Assembly (NCBI GenBank): GCA_963816625.1 | Contig: CAWFLC010000002.1 | Coordinates: 246,779-310,778, forward strand | DNA: 64,000 nucleotides | Source: an uncultured Actinomycetota bacterium | GTDB lineage: Bacteria > Actinomycetota > Actinomycetes > Mycobacteriales > Micromonosporaceae | Reading direction: 5' to 3' | Part shown: positions 1-10,315 of the stretch, in pieces | Layout of the letters: every line of letters starts with the position of its first letter | How positions within the stretch are numbered: the first letter of the stretch is position 1 | The notes under the pieces: model-generated | What the model was told of the DNA's origin: nothing | The model's input: the letters and a program-made list of their open reading frames with translations, nothing else | The model's database searches: none | Made by a program: the position numbers and the translations under genes

Positions 1-926
1 GGCACGGTAGGACCAGCGGTCAATCGCGGGAAGACCTCGTCGGAGTGCAGCAGGGCGAGGTCCTTGCTCTGGTCGACCTTCACGATCTTGGCGGAGAACT
101 TGAGGCTCTGCCGCTCCAGTGACACGTCGCGGCCGCCGCCTTCGTACTCCTCCTGGACCACGTGGTAGTTCGTGATCAGGTCGGTGCCGCCGCCGTCCGG
201 GCTCTTACCCAGCGCAAACGCCGTGCCGAGGGCCTGCGGCGTGCTCACCCGGAAGACGCTGGGCAGCACGCCCTTGGCGACCTCCTGCGCGTCGAGGTTG
301 CTGCCGGCCTTCTTCTCCAGCTCCTTAGCGCGCGCCTCGAGGCCCTCGAGCCGGGCGTTGTCGGCGGCCTGCGCCTTCTGGGCGGCGGCCTTGTTGTCGG
401 CGATCCGACCGTCGAGCTTGTAGATGTAGATACCCTCACCGACCGCCACGAGGAGCAGCACCAGCGCGAGCACCAGGGCGACCGCGCCGAGCCGGCTGGG
501 CCGGGACCGGGGCGCCACCGGGGGCCCGCTGTACGGGTTGGCCGAGACCGGCGGCTGGCCGGTCGCGTAGGGCGACGTCGGCTGCGCCGCGAAGCTACCG
601 GTGGTCGGCTGGGCCGGAAAGCTCGCGGTGGGCGAGAACCCGCCGGACATTGGGGGCGGCACCGGAAAGCCACTCGTCGGTGGCCCACTGGGTGGCCCGG
701 CGAAGGGCTGAGGCCCCGGCGGAGGAGTCTGCGGGAACCGCGATGAGAGGGTCGGGAAGGAACCCGTAGACGTCATCCGCGGCGGCAGCGGGCCGAGGCG
801 CTCGCCGTCCTGGGCAGGTCCATCCGCGGCGGCATGGCGTGGATGTTCCGCGGGCTGATCGGCTGATCCGGAAACACCGTGCGTGCCAGGCACCGCCGGG
901 TTGGAGGGGTCATGCCCGGCCGTCAT
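1..926 (-). CDS. Trypsin-like (S1C/HtrA-like) serine protease with Pro-rich N-terminus and TM helix; 3' end runs off the window
   Basis: Manual translation from ATG 926 (RBS GGAAGGA upstream): LITNYHVV (catalytic His) and KDLALL (catalytic Asp); hydrophobic segment near 430-490. Confidence 0.8.
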   Translation of the reverse strand, partial: MTAGHDPSNPAVPGTHGVSGSADQPAEHPRHAAADGPAQDGERLGPLPPRMTSTGSFPTLSSRFPQTPPPGPQPFAGPPSGPPTSGFPVPPPMSGGFSPTASFPAQPTTGSFAAQPTSPYATGQPPVSANPYSGPPVAPRSRPSRLGAVALVLALVLLLVAVGEGIYIYKLDGRIADNKAAAQKAQAADNARLEGLEARAKELEKKAGSNLDAQEVAKGVLPSVFRVSTPQALGTAFALGKSPDGGGTDLITNYHVVQEEYEGGGRDVSLERQSLKFSAKIVKVDQSKDLALLHSDEVFPRLTAGPTV

Positions 927-1180
927 GAGGTCACGATTCCTTCCTTGGCGTCGGCCTCACCCTAGTGTGGGGGGACAACCGCGCGGTCACGCATGAATCC
1001 AACTGACCGCTAGCCGACGGTACCGGCCGCACGCCGCCGCTGTCTCACCCGAAAGAGCCCCTAGACAAGGTCCATAAGCGCCATCCGGGGCCGGTCTCGG
1101 GTCGATCCGAACCGGCGGTGGGAGACGCGCCGGGACCCGGCTGCACATGCGCGAGTGTGCCGCAACGTACGGTTGTGCGC

Positions 1181-2637
1181 GTGACCGACGAACCCATCGA
1201 GCGACGTCGGGACGAGCCGGACGAACCACGCCAGACCGACCAAACCCTGCCGGACGGCGTAGCTGAGCCACCGCCCTCCCGACCCGCGCCTCCGGCGCAG
1301 CCCCACCCTGAGCCACCGCCCTCCCGACCCGCGCCTCCGGCGCAGCCCCACCCTGAGCTCGATCGTGAGCTCGATCGTGAGCTCGATCGTGAGCCCGAAA
1401 GCGCACCCGACCCCGAGCTGCCCGAACCCGTCGTACTGACCGCGCCGCGCGACGGCACCCCGCCGCCGATTGTCGACGACAAGGCCCTGGCCGATGCGAT
1501 CGCGCGCTTCGCGGAGGGGACCGGCCCGCTGGCCGTCGACGCCGAGCGCGCCTCGGGCTACCGCTACACCCACCGGGCTTACCTGGTCCAGCTGCGCCGG
1601 GCCGGGGCGGGCACCGTGCTCATCGACCCGCATCCCGTTCGGCGACCTGTCGCGCGCTCGACGAGGCCGTCGCCGACACCGAGTGGGTCCTGCACGCCGC
1701 GAGCCAGGATCTGCCGTGCCTGACCGAGCTCGGACTGTTGCCCAAGCGGCTCTTCGACACCGAGCTGGCCGCCCGGCTCGGCCGGTTTCGAGCGGGTCGG
1801 GCTGGCCGCGCTGACCGAGCGCTGCTGGGCTTCACGCTGGAGAAGCACCACTCGGCGGCGGACTGGTCGACCCGGCCGCTGCCGGCGTCGTGGTTGACCT
1901 ACGCCGCGCTCGACGTCGAGCTGCTGCTCGATCTGCGGATACGCTCGGTGCGGAGCTCGAGCGGCAGGGAAAGACGGAGTGGGCGGCCGAGGAGTTCGCG
2001 GCGCTGGTGGCCTCGGCCGGTCGAGCCGCCCCGGGTACGACCCGATCCCTGGCGGCGCACCTCGGGCATCCATCGCGTACGAGGGGCGCGCGCGCTGGCT
2101 CGCGTACGGGCGCTGTGGTACGCCCGCGACGTCGTCGCCGCCCGGCGCGACGCCGCGCCCGGGCCGGGTGCTCGCCGACTCGGCGATCATCGCGGCGGCC
2201 GAGCTCGACCCGAAGGACGAGCGGTCGCTGTTGTCGCTCGCCCGGCTTCGGCGGTCGCTCGGTACGCCGCCTGGCGCCGCACGTGGCTGGCCGCGCTCGC
2301 CGAGGCCCGGGCGCTGCCGGACAAGGCCCTGCCGACCACCCCGCCGTCCGACGGCCCGCCCCCGCCGCACCGCTGGGCCGAGCGCGACCCGGTCGCCGCG
2401 GCTCGTCTGGTACGCTGCCGCGAGGTGGTGACCGGGCTGGCCACCGCGCACCACCTGCCGCCGGAGAACCTCATCGCGCCGGACTCGGTCCGCCGCCTGG
2501 CCTGGGCGCCGCCGGCCCAGCTCAGCGTCGACACGGTGAGCGAGACGCTCGCCGGCTACGGCGCGCGGCGGTGGCAGGTCGAACTGCTCTCCTCCGGCCT
2601 GACCAAGGCGCTGGAGCCCGAGGAATCAGTGCGCTGA
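1181..2637 (+). CDS. rnd: Ribonuclease D (DEDDy exonuclease + HRDC), split by several 1-nt indels
   Basis: LAVDAERASGYRY, LFDTELAARL, ADWSTRPLP..LTYAALDVE across ORFs 1118-1723 and 1738-2637; GTG 7 nt after TACGGT. Confidence 0.85.
1263..1393. repeat. In-frame 45-bp tandem duplication followed by a 12-bp repeat x3 (ELDR) in the rnd N-terminus
   Basis: CTGAGCCACCGCCCTCCCGACCCGCGCCTCCGGCGCAGCCCCACC at 1263 and 1308; GAGCTCGATCGT x3 from 1355. Confidence 0.95.
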
Positions 2638-2655
2638 ACCACACCCAACCGATAC

Positions 2656-2677
2656 CTACTAGCGAGTAGCATAGCCT
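2656..2677 (+). promoter_or_regulatory. Palindromic operator-like site and probable -10 upstream of fadAB
   Basis: CTACT-AGCG-AGTAG followed by TAGCCT; RBS AGGAGG before GTG 2705. Confidence 0.45.
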
Positions 2678-2704
2678 TCTACAGCCCATCGCCTAGGAGG
2701 CTCC

Positions 2705-3904
2705 GTGCCCCGTGAAGTCCGCGACGTCGTCTTCGTCGACGGCGTCCGCACCCCGTTCGGCAAGGCCGGCGGCATGTACGCCAACACCCGCGCCGACGAC
2801 CTGGTCATCCGCTGCATCCGCGAGCTGCTGCGGCGCAACCCGCAGCTGCCGCCCGAGCGGGTCGACGAGGTGGCCATCGCGGCCACCACCCAGATCGGCG
2901 ACCAGGGCCTGACCATCGGCCGCACCGCCGCGCTGCTGGCCGGCCTGCCCAAGACCGTCCCCGGCTACGCCATCGACCGGATGTGCGCGGGCGCGATGAC
3001 CGCGGTGACCACCGTCGCCGGCGGCATCGCGATGGGCGCCTACGACGTCGCGATCGCCGGCGGCGTCGAGCACATGGGCCGCCACCCGATGGGCGAGGGC
3101 GTCGACCCCAACCCGCGCATCCTCGCCGAGAAGCTGGTCGACCCGTCGGCGCTGGTGATGGGCGCGACCGCGGAGAACCTGCACGACCGCGTGCCGCAGA
3201 TCACCAAGGAGCGGGCCGACCGGTTCGGCCTCGCGTCCCAGCAGAAGACCGCCAAGGCGTACGCGGAGCGGCAAGCTCCAGCCCGATCTGGTGCCGGTCG
3301 CCACCGCGACCCGGAGACCGGCTGGGGCCTGGCGACCGTCGACGAGGCGCCCCGCCCGGACACCAGCATCGAGAAGCTGGCCACGCTCAAGACCCCGTTC
3401 CGCCCGCACGGCAAGGTCACCGCGGGCAACGCGGCCGGCCTCAACGACGGCGCCACCGCCGCCTGCTCGCCGGCGAGGACGTCGCGCGCGAGCTGGGCCT
3501 GCCGATCGCGCATGCGGCTGGTGTCCTACGGCTTCGTCGGCGTCGAGCCGGAGGTGATGGGCTACGGCCCGATCCCGTCGACCGAGAAGGCGCTGAAGAA
3601 GGCCGGCCTGACCATCGACGACATCGGCCTGTTCGAGCTGAACGAGGCGTTCGCGGTGCAGGTGCTCGCGTTCCTCGACCACTTCGGCATCGCCGACGAC
3701 GACCCGCGGGTCAACCCGTGGGGCGGCGCGATCGCCATCGGCCACCCGCTCGCCTCCTCCGGCGTGCGGCTGATGACCCAGCTGGCCCGGCATTTCGCCG
3801 AGCACCCGGAGGTCCGCTACGGCCTCACCGCGATGTGCATCGGCATCGGCATGGGCGGCACGGTCATCTGGGAGAACCCGAACTGGAAGGGCGAGGACCA
3901 GTGA
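2705..3904 (+). CDS. fadA: Acetyl-CoA C-acyltransferase (thiolase); locally compensating indels
   Basis: VRTPFGK, IDRMCAGAM, ELNEAFA, GGAIAIGHPL, MCIGIGMG. Confidence 0.93.
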   Translation: MPREVRDVVFVDGVRTPFGKAGGMYANTRADDLVIRCIRELLRRNPQLPPERVDEVAIAATTQIGDQGLTIGRTAALLAGLPKTVPGYAIDRMCAGAMTAVTTVAGGIAMGAYDVAIAGGVEHMGRHPMGEGVDPNPRILAEKLVDPSALVMGATAENLHDRVPQITKERADRFGLASQQKTAKAYAERQAPARSGAGRHRDPETGWGLATVDEAPRPDTSIEKLATLKTPFRPHGKVTAGNAAGLNDGATAACSPARTSRASWACRSRMRLVSYGFVGVEPEVMGYGPIPSTEKALKKAGLTIDDIGLFELNEAFAVQVLAFLDHFGIADDDPRVNPWGGAIAIGHPLASSGVRLMTQLARHFAEHPEVRYGLTAMCIGIGMGGTVIWENPNWKGEDQ

Positions 3905-6001
3905 ACATCGAGAACCCGAGCGAGGTGGTGACCAAGGCGCTCGCTGCGCTTCGTCCGGTGCCCGGCCTGGCCAAGCGCGCGCCGCGCTGATCACCCTCGA
4001 CAACGGCTTCGACCACACCAAGCCGAACAGCGTTCGGCCCGGGCGGGCTGGCCAGCCTCGACGAGGCGATCGACGAGGCGTTCGCGGCGAAGCCGACGTT
4101 CATCGCGCTCACCGGCAAGCCGTACATCTTCTGCGTCGGCGCCGACATCACCGGCATCCCGCTGCTCACGGACCGGAACCAGGCGCTGGAGCTGGGCCGA
4201 GCTCGGGCACCGCGTGTTCGCGCGGCTCCGGGACTCGACGCATCCCGACGTTCGCGTTCGTCAACGGCGCGGCGATGGGCGGTGGCCTCGAGGTCGCGCT
4301 GCACTGCCACTACCGCACGCGTCTCGTCCGGCGCGGCCGCGCTCGCCCTGCCCGAGGTGGCGATCGGCCTGATCCCCGGCTGGGGTGGCACGCAGCTGCT
4401 GCCCAACCTGATCGGCATCGCGCCGGCGCGCCCAGGTGATCATCCAGAACCCGCTCACCCAGAAGATGCTCAAGCCGACGCAGGCCCTGCGAGCTCGGCA
4501 TCGCCGACGAGATGTTCGAGCCGGCCGACTTCCTGGAGCGCTCGCTGGCCTGGGCCGCCGCGGTGGTCCGAGGTGAAGCACCGTCCGCAGCGTCCCGAGA
4601 TCGACCGCGACATGTGGGACGGGGTGCTCTTCTTCGCCAAGCAGCAGCTCGACGAGCGGCTGCACGGCGCCGTCCCGCGCGCCAACAAGGCGCTCGAACT
4701 GCTCGCCCTGGCCAAGGACGCGACGTTCGAGGAGGGCACCGCGCCGAGAACGAGGCGCTCGCCGACCTGATCATGGGCGACGAGTCGCGCGCCAGCCTGT
4801 ACGCCTTCGACCTGGTGCAGCGGCGGGCCAAGCGGCCGGTCGGTGCGCCCGCGACCAGGCGCTGGCCCGCGACGTCACCAAGGTCGGCATCGTCGGCGCC
4901 GGGCTGATGGCCTCGCAGCTGGCGCTGCTGTTCGCGCGCCGCCTCGAGGTGCCGGTGGTGCTGACCGACCTCGACCAGACCCGGGTCGACAAGGGCGTCG
5001 GCTACGTGCACGCCGAGATCGACAAGATGGTCGCGAAGGGCCGGCTGCGACGAGGGCAAGGCCGCCAAGCTGCGCGGGCTGGTCAGCGGCTCGGTCGACA
5101 AGACCGGGCTTCGCCGACGCCGACTTCGTGATCGAGGCGGTGTTCGAGGACCTCGACGGTGAAGAAGCAGGTCTGGGCCGAGCGTCGAGAAGATCGTCGC
5201 GCCGGACGACTGCGTGCTGGCCACCAACACCTCGTCGCTGTCGGTCACCGAGATGGCCGCCGATCTGAAGCACCCGGAGCGGGTCGTCGGGCTTCCACTT
5301 CTTCAACCCGGTCGCGATGATGCCGCTGCTGGAGATCGTCGCGGGCCGAGCAGACCGACGACGCCACGCTGGCCACCGCGTTCGCCGTCGGCAAGGCGCT
5401 GAAGAAGTCGTGCGTGCTGGTCAAGGACGCGCCCGGCGTTCGTGGTCAACCGGCTGCTGACCCGCTTCCTCGGCGAGGTCTACGCGGCCGTCGACGCCGG
5501 TACCCCGCTCGACGTGGCCGACGCCGCGCTCGACCCGCTCGGCCTGCCGATGCGCCCGCTGGCCCTGCTGCAGCTGGTCGGGCCGGCGGTGGCGCACCAC
5601 GTCGGCGGAGACGCTGCACCAGGCGTACCCGGACCGGTTCGGGGTCAGCGACAACCTGCCCGCGATCGTCGAGGCCGGGAAGCCCGGATTCATCGACGAC
5701 GAGGTCAACCCCGACCCCGAGATGCTCGCCCTGCTCAAGGTCGGCGACAGCCCGCTGACCGCGGAGGAGGTACTCGACCGGGCGCACCGCCGCGCTCGCC
5801 CAGGAGATCCGCATCATGCTCGACGAGGGCGTGGTCGCCGAGGCGCAGGACATCGACCTGTGCATGATCCTCGGCGCCGGCTGGCCGTTCCACCTCGGCG
5901 GGATCACGCCGTACCTGGATCGTGAGGGAATCTCGGAAAGGGTCACCGGTAGGCGCTTCCTCCCCCGCGGCGTGGCCAGCCTGCCCGAGTCCACTTTCTA
6001 G
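3901..6001 (+). CDS. fadB: Enoyl-CoA hydratase/3-hydroxyacyl-CoA dehydrogenase; multiple frameshifts
   Basis: FCVGADI, LPEVAIGLIPGWGGTQ, GIVGAGLMASQ, FVIEAVFED, ATNTSSLS, FFNPV in successive frames; GTGA overlap with the thiolase. Confidence 0.88.
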
Positions 6002-6027
6002 CGATTCATCGACAAAAAGGGGCTTTT

Positions 6028-6060
6028 GAACCCCGCCAACCCCTAAAGTTGGCGGGGTTC
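6028..6060. terminator. 13-bp perfect stem hairpin after fadB
   Basis: GAACCCCGCCAAC-CCCTAAA-GTTGGCGGGGTTC. Confidence 0.6.
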
Positions 6061-6106
6061 GAACGGTCCCCCCGGCCGTCGGCTCGCTCGACCCCGGGGG
6101 TGCACG

Positions 6107-7210
6107 ATGAAGAAGATCTTGTTATCGACCGTTGCCGCACTGGGGCTGGGCCTGACGTTCTTCCCGTCCACCGCCCAGGCCGCGGCGGTGGCCACGGTCG
6201 TCTCGCCGAGCGTGCCGCTCAACGTCCGCAGCGGCCCGGCCGTGTGGAACACCCGCGTACGGACCCTCGGCAACGGTGCCGCGATCGCCATCCTCTGCCA
6301 GGTGCACGGGCAACGGATCACCGCCGGCTCGACCCGTGTCACGGACATGTGGGACCGGCTGCCCGACGGCACGTACGTGTCCGACGCCTGGATCAAGCGC
6401 TCGGCCGCCGTACCGGCGTGCGGGGTCGCCACGGCCGCCACGGCCGCCGCCGTCGTGCGAACCACCGCCGCGTCCGTCTCCTCCGGAGGTACCCCGCTCA
6501 AGGCCCGCGTCGCCCCGGCCCACGAGAGCCAGCAGGTCGGCGCGTTCGCCAACGGCGCCGCCCTCGCGCTGGTGTGCCAGCAGGCCGGGCAGCCGATCAA
6601 CGGCAACGAGCGCACCACGAACATGTGGGACCGGCTGCCCAACGGCGCGTACGTGTCCGACGCCTACGTCCGCCGCTCGGCCACGCCCCCGCTGTGCGCC
6701 GGCGCGGGAACGCCCGCGCCGGTCTCCGCAGCGGCGGTCAGGAACACCGCGCGCTGGGTGCACCCGCTGCCCGGCTTCCCGGCCGGCCACAGCTTCCGTA
6801 CGGCGAACAACCCGAACCACATCGGCGTGGACATCATGTCGTTCACCGGTACGCCGATCCGCGCCGCGTCGGCCGGCCGCGTGCTCGAGGTGGTCTGCAA
6901 CATCCAGGCCGGCGGCAGCTGCGACACCGTCGGCAGCCCGGCGATGCGCGGCTGCGGCTGGTACGTGAAGATCCTGCACCCGGGCGGCATCGCGACGATC
7001 TACTGCCACATGGTCCGCAAGGGGATCGTCAAGCCCGGCCAGCTGGTCCAGGCCGGTCAGGTCATCGGGTACGTGGGGAGCTCGGGCAACTCCTCGGCCC
7101 CGCACCTGCACTTCGAGGTCCACGTGAACGCCCCGCCGACCGGCCCGCAGAACGCCATCGACCCGATCCCGTTCATGCGGGATCACGGGGTACTGCTCGA
7201 CAAGCGTTAA
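6107..7210 (+). CDS. Secreted M23 metallopeptidase with two SH3-like repeats
   Basis: Signal peptide ending AQA; LNVRSGP; two CQ...MWDRLPxGxYVSDA repeats; HIGVD, YCHM, GSSGNSSAPHLHFEV. Confidence 0.9.
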   Translation: MKKILLSTVAALGLGLTFFPSTAQAAAVATVVSPSVPLNVRSGPAVWNTRVRTLGNGAAIAILCQVHGQRITAGSTRVTDMWDRLPDGTYVSDAWIKRSAAVPACGVATAATAAAVVRTTAASVSSGGTPLKARVAPAHESQQVGAFANGAALALVCQQAGQPINGNERTTNMWDRLPNGAYVSDAYVRRSATPPLCAGAGTPAPVSAAAVRNTARWVHPLPGFPAGHSFRTANNPNHIGVDIMSFTGTPIRAASAGRVLEVVCNIQAGGSCDTVGSPAMRGCGWYVKILHPGGIATIYCHMVRKGIVKPGQLVQAGQVIGYVGSSGNSSAPHLHFEVHVNAPPTGPQNAIDPIPFMRDHGVLLDKR

Positions 7211-7293
7211 TCTCCGGCCATCGCGCTACCTTGGGCTCACAGGAATTTCACGGCCCGAGGCAAAGACTGCGCAGCGTGGGAGGAGACGAGCCG

Positions 7294-7959
7294 GTGCGCG
7301 TACTCGTGGTGGAGGACGAGCACAATCTCGCCGACGCGATCGTGCGCGGTCTGCGTCGCCAGGGCATGGCCGTGGACGTCGCGTACGACGGCTCGAGCGG
7401 TCACGAGATGGCCTTCGTGACCCGGTACGACGTCGTGGTGCTCGACCGCGACCTGCCCGGCGTGCACGGCGACGAGATCTGCGCCGACCTGGTCGCCTCG
7501 GGCGCACTCACCCGCGTGCTGATGCTGACCGCCAGCGGCACCGTCGCCGACAAGGTCGAGGGCCTGCAGATCGGCGCCGACGACTACCTGGCCAAGCCAT
7601 TCGCGTTCGAGGAGCTGGTCGCACGGGTGCGGGCGCTCGGCCGCCGCGCCACCCCCGCCGCCCCGCCGGTGCTGATCGCCGGCGACCTCATCCTCGACCA
7701 GGCCAAGCGGGTCGCCTCGCGCGCCGGCAAGCCGCTGGACCTGACGAAGAAGGAGTTCGGCCTGCTCGAGGAGCTGCTCAAGGCCAGCGGCTCGGTGGTA
7801 TCCAGCGAGGAGTTGCTCGACCGGGTCTGGGACGCCAACGCCGACCCGTTCACCACGACCGTGCGGGTGACCATGATGACGTTGCGCCGCAAGCTCGGCG
7901 AGCCGCCGCTGATCGAGACCGTCGTCGGGGTCGGCTACCGCATGCGGACAGCTCCATGA
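7294..7959 (+). CDS. cutR: OmpR-family response regulator, CutR-like
   Basis: VRVLVVEDE, VVVLDRDLP, MLTASG, GADDYLAKPF, DPFTTTVRVTMMTLRRKLGEPP closely resemble Streptomyces CutR. Confidence 0.8.
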   Translation: MRVLVVEDEHNLADAIVRGLRRQGMAVDVAYDGSSGHEMAFVTRYDVVVLDRDLPGVHGDEICADLVASGALTRVLMLTASGTVADKVEGLQIGADDYLAKPFAFEELVARVRALGRRATPAAPPVLIAGDLILDQAKRVASRAGKPLDLTKKEFGLLEELLKASGSVVSSEELLDRVWDANADPFTTTVRVTMMTLRRKLGEPPLIETVVGVGYRMRTAP

Positions 7960-9162
7960 CGGTCTACGACGCGCGCCGCCCGCGCCGGCTCCGCCCGACC
8001 CTCCGGCTGCGGCTGACCCTGCTCAACGGCATCCTCCTGATCGGTGCGGGCGCGCTCGTCGTGATCGCTCGCCTGGCTCCTCGTCGACGACGCGCTGCAC
8101 CCGGCCGACGAACTGCGCACCGGTACGAAGGTGGTGCTGTCCGACGGCCGTACGGTCGACGCGCACGCCTGGCAGACCGAGCTCGTCCGGACCGCCGAGA
8201 ACGACCTGCTGCTGCGGGGGGCGGCCGCGCTTCTGCTCATCGGCGTGGTCGGGGTCGGCGCCGCCTACGTGGTGGCCGGCCGCGCGCTGCGCCCGCTGAG
8301 CCAGGTCACCTCGGCGGCCCGGCGACTGTCCGGAGAGACGCTGGACGAGCGCATCAACTACGACGGCGCCGACGACGAGATCGCCGAGCTGGCGAAGACC
8401 TTCGACGCGATGCTCGACCGCATAGCCGGCGCGTTCGACAGCCAGAAGCGCTTCGTCGCCAACGCCTCGCACGAGCTGCGCACGCCGCTGGCCGTGATGC
8501 GCACCGAGGTCGACGTGACGCTCGACGATCCCGAGGCCGACGTCGCCGAGTACCGGCGGATGGCCAACGTGGTGCGCGACGCGTCGACCCGAGCAAATGC
8601 GCTCGTCGAATCGTTGCTGCTGCTGGCCCGTACCGAGGCGCAAGCGGGACGGAGGTTGGCCCGGAAGGTGCCGGCGGACCTCTCGACCGGCGTGGCCGGC
8701 GCGCTGTCCGGGGTGAAGCGCGAGGCGGAGCGGCTGAACCTGGAGGTGACCACCGACCTCAAGCCGGCGCCGGTGGTCGGCGATCCGAGCCTGCTCGACC
8801 GGCTGGCCGGCAACCTCATCGAGAACGCAGTCCGCTACAACCATCTCAGCGGCCGGCTCTGGGTCCGCACCGGCACCGACGACACCCTCTCCTGGCTGGT
8901 GGTCGGCAACACCGGCTTCGAGGTCGAGCCGGCCGACGTGCCGGCGCTTTTCGAGCCGTTCCGCCGGGGCGGGCGGGAACGCACCGGCGCGCGGGGCTCC
9001 GGGCTGGGGCTGTCGATCGTACGGGCGGTCTGTGATGCGCACGGCGGTGGCGCGAGCGCGGTCGCCCTCGACGGCGGCGGTCTCGAGGTGACGGTGAGCC
9101 TGCCGGCCGCCGCCATGACCCCGGTGCTGGCCGGCACCGCGTCCGTCCCGACGCTGGCCTAG
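7956..9162 (+). CDS. cutS: HAMP sensor histidine kinase, CutS-like; one frameshift near 8070
   Basis: RPTLRLRLTLL N-terminus; FVANASHELRTPL, NLIENAVRYN, GSGLGLSIV. Confidence 0.8.
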
Positions 9163-9186
9163 GCCGTTGCGAGGCCGACCCCGGAT

Positions 9187-9286
9187 GGCACTACTTCGGG
9201 GAAGTTGTGGCCTCCCGGGTGGCCTGACGCCACTACTTCGGGGAAGTTGTGGCCTCGCGGGCGGTCGGAGAGCACTACTTCCCCGG
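9187..9286. repeat. REP-like palindrome array A (3 units, 42-bp period; third unit partial)
   Basis: (G)GCCAC(T/A)ACTTC-GGG-GAAGT(T/A)GTGGCCTC consensus, cores at 9189, 9231, 9273. Confidence 0.9.
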
Positions 9287-10195
9287 CAGCCGGGCTTCCC
9301 AGCCGGCCCGCGTGATCTGCGCCAGTTGCTCGTCGTCGAGGTCGGCCGCTGCTTGGACGGCGGCGTACTCCGCCGACAGCGTCGTACCGACCATCGCGGG
9401 GATGTCGGTGTTCAGCGTGACGACCAGGCCCGCTTCCAGAAGACGGGCAATCGGATGTACCGCCAAAGAAGGCGCGAACCCGAGCGCCACATTGGACGTC
9501 GGGCACACCTCGAGCGGGATGCGGCGCTCGCGGACCTCTGCCACCAGATCGCGGTCGTCGAGGATGCGGATGCCGTGGCCGATGCGTTCGGCGTGCCCGA
9601 GGTCGAGCGCTTCGCGGATGCTGTCCGGACCGCACGCCTCACCGGCATGGTGTACGAGGTGCAGACCGGCATCACGGGCCGCGTCACAGACGGCCGCGAA
9701 CGGGGCGGCCGGGTAGGACTCGTCGCCGGCCAGGCCGATGCCGATGACGCCGCGATCGGCATACCGCCGGGCCAGGTCGAGCGTGCGCCAGGCTCGCTCG
9801 ACCGACCGGCGGCGCGAGTGGTCGAGCAGCACGCGGCAGTCGATGTCGTGCTCGTCCTGCCCCTGCGCGAGCCCATCGAGCACGGCGAGCAGCGGCATGT
9901 CGAGGTCGCCGAGCCGCTCGCCGTGCGCGGCCGCGGTGAAGCTGACCTCGACGTAGCGGGTGCCGTCGGCGGCTTCGTCGGCACAGAACTCGCGCGCCAC
10001 CCGGGCGAAGTCCGCCGGCGTCCGCAGGCAGTCCCGCACCAGCTGGTTGTGGTCGAGGAAGGCGGGGAGACCACGGAATCCGTCGACGGGCCGGGCCGGT
10101 ACGGGTAAGCCGTGCGCGGCGGCGAGCTCGGCCAGGGTGGTCCAGCGGATGGCGCTCTCGAGGTGGACGTGCAGGTGGGCCTTGGGCAGCAACAC
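9275..10195 (-). CDS. add: Adenosine deaminase family protein
   Basis: LPKAHLHVHLES, HHAGE, ERIGHG, LEVCPTSN, TLNTD; probable leaderless GTG 7 nt after TAGGGT. Confidence 0.9.
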   Translation of the reverse strand: MLLPKAHLHVHLESAIRWTTLAELAAAHGLPVPARPVDGFRGLPAFLDHNQLVRDCLRTPADFARVAREFCADEAADGTRYVEVSFTAAAHGERLGDLDMPLLAVLDGLAQGQDEHDIDCRVLLDHSRRRSVERAWRTLDLARRYADRGVIGIGLAGDESYPAAPFAAVCDAARDAGLHLVHHAGEACGPDSIREALDLGHAERIGHGIRILDDRDLVAEVRERRIPLEVCPTSNVALGFAPSLAVHPIARLLEAGLVVTLNTDIPAMVGTTLSAEYAAVQAAADLDDEQLAQITRAGWEARLPGK

Positions 10196-10241
10196 CCGAC
10201 CGACCCTAAGCGGCCGGCGGAGTTCGCGCGCGCAGCAGGCC

Positions 10242-10308
10242 GCCACAACTTCCCCGGAATAGTGGTCTCCCGGGCCCGCTGAGGCCACTACTTCCCCGAA
10301 GTAGTGGC
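10242..10308. repeat. REP-like palindrome array B (2 units, opposite orientation to most of A)
   Basis: GCCACAACTTCCCCGGAATAGTGG and GAGGCCACTACTTCCCCGAAGTAGTGGC, 42 bp apart. Confidence 0.9.
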
Positions 10309-10315
10309 ATCCGGA

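Noticed and set aside
6002-6106. c-di-AMP (ydaO) riboswitch before the M23 peptidase
   Set aside because: The gap is only ~105 nt and lacks the characteristic motifs; none is seen before the KimA-like permease either.
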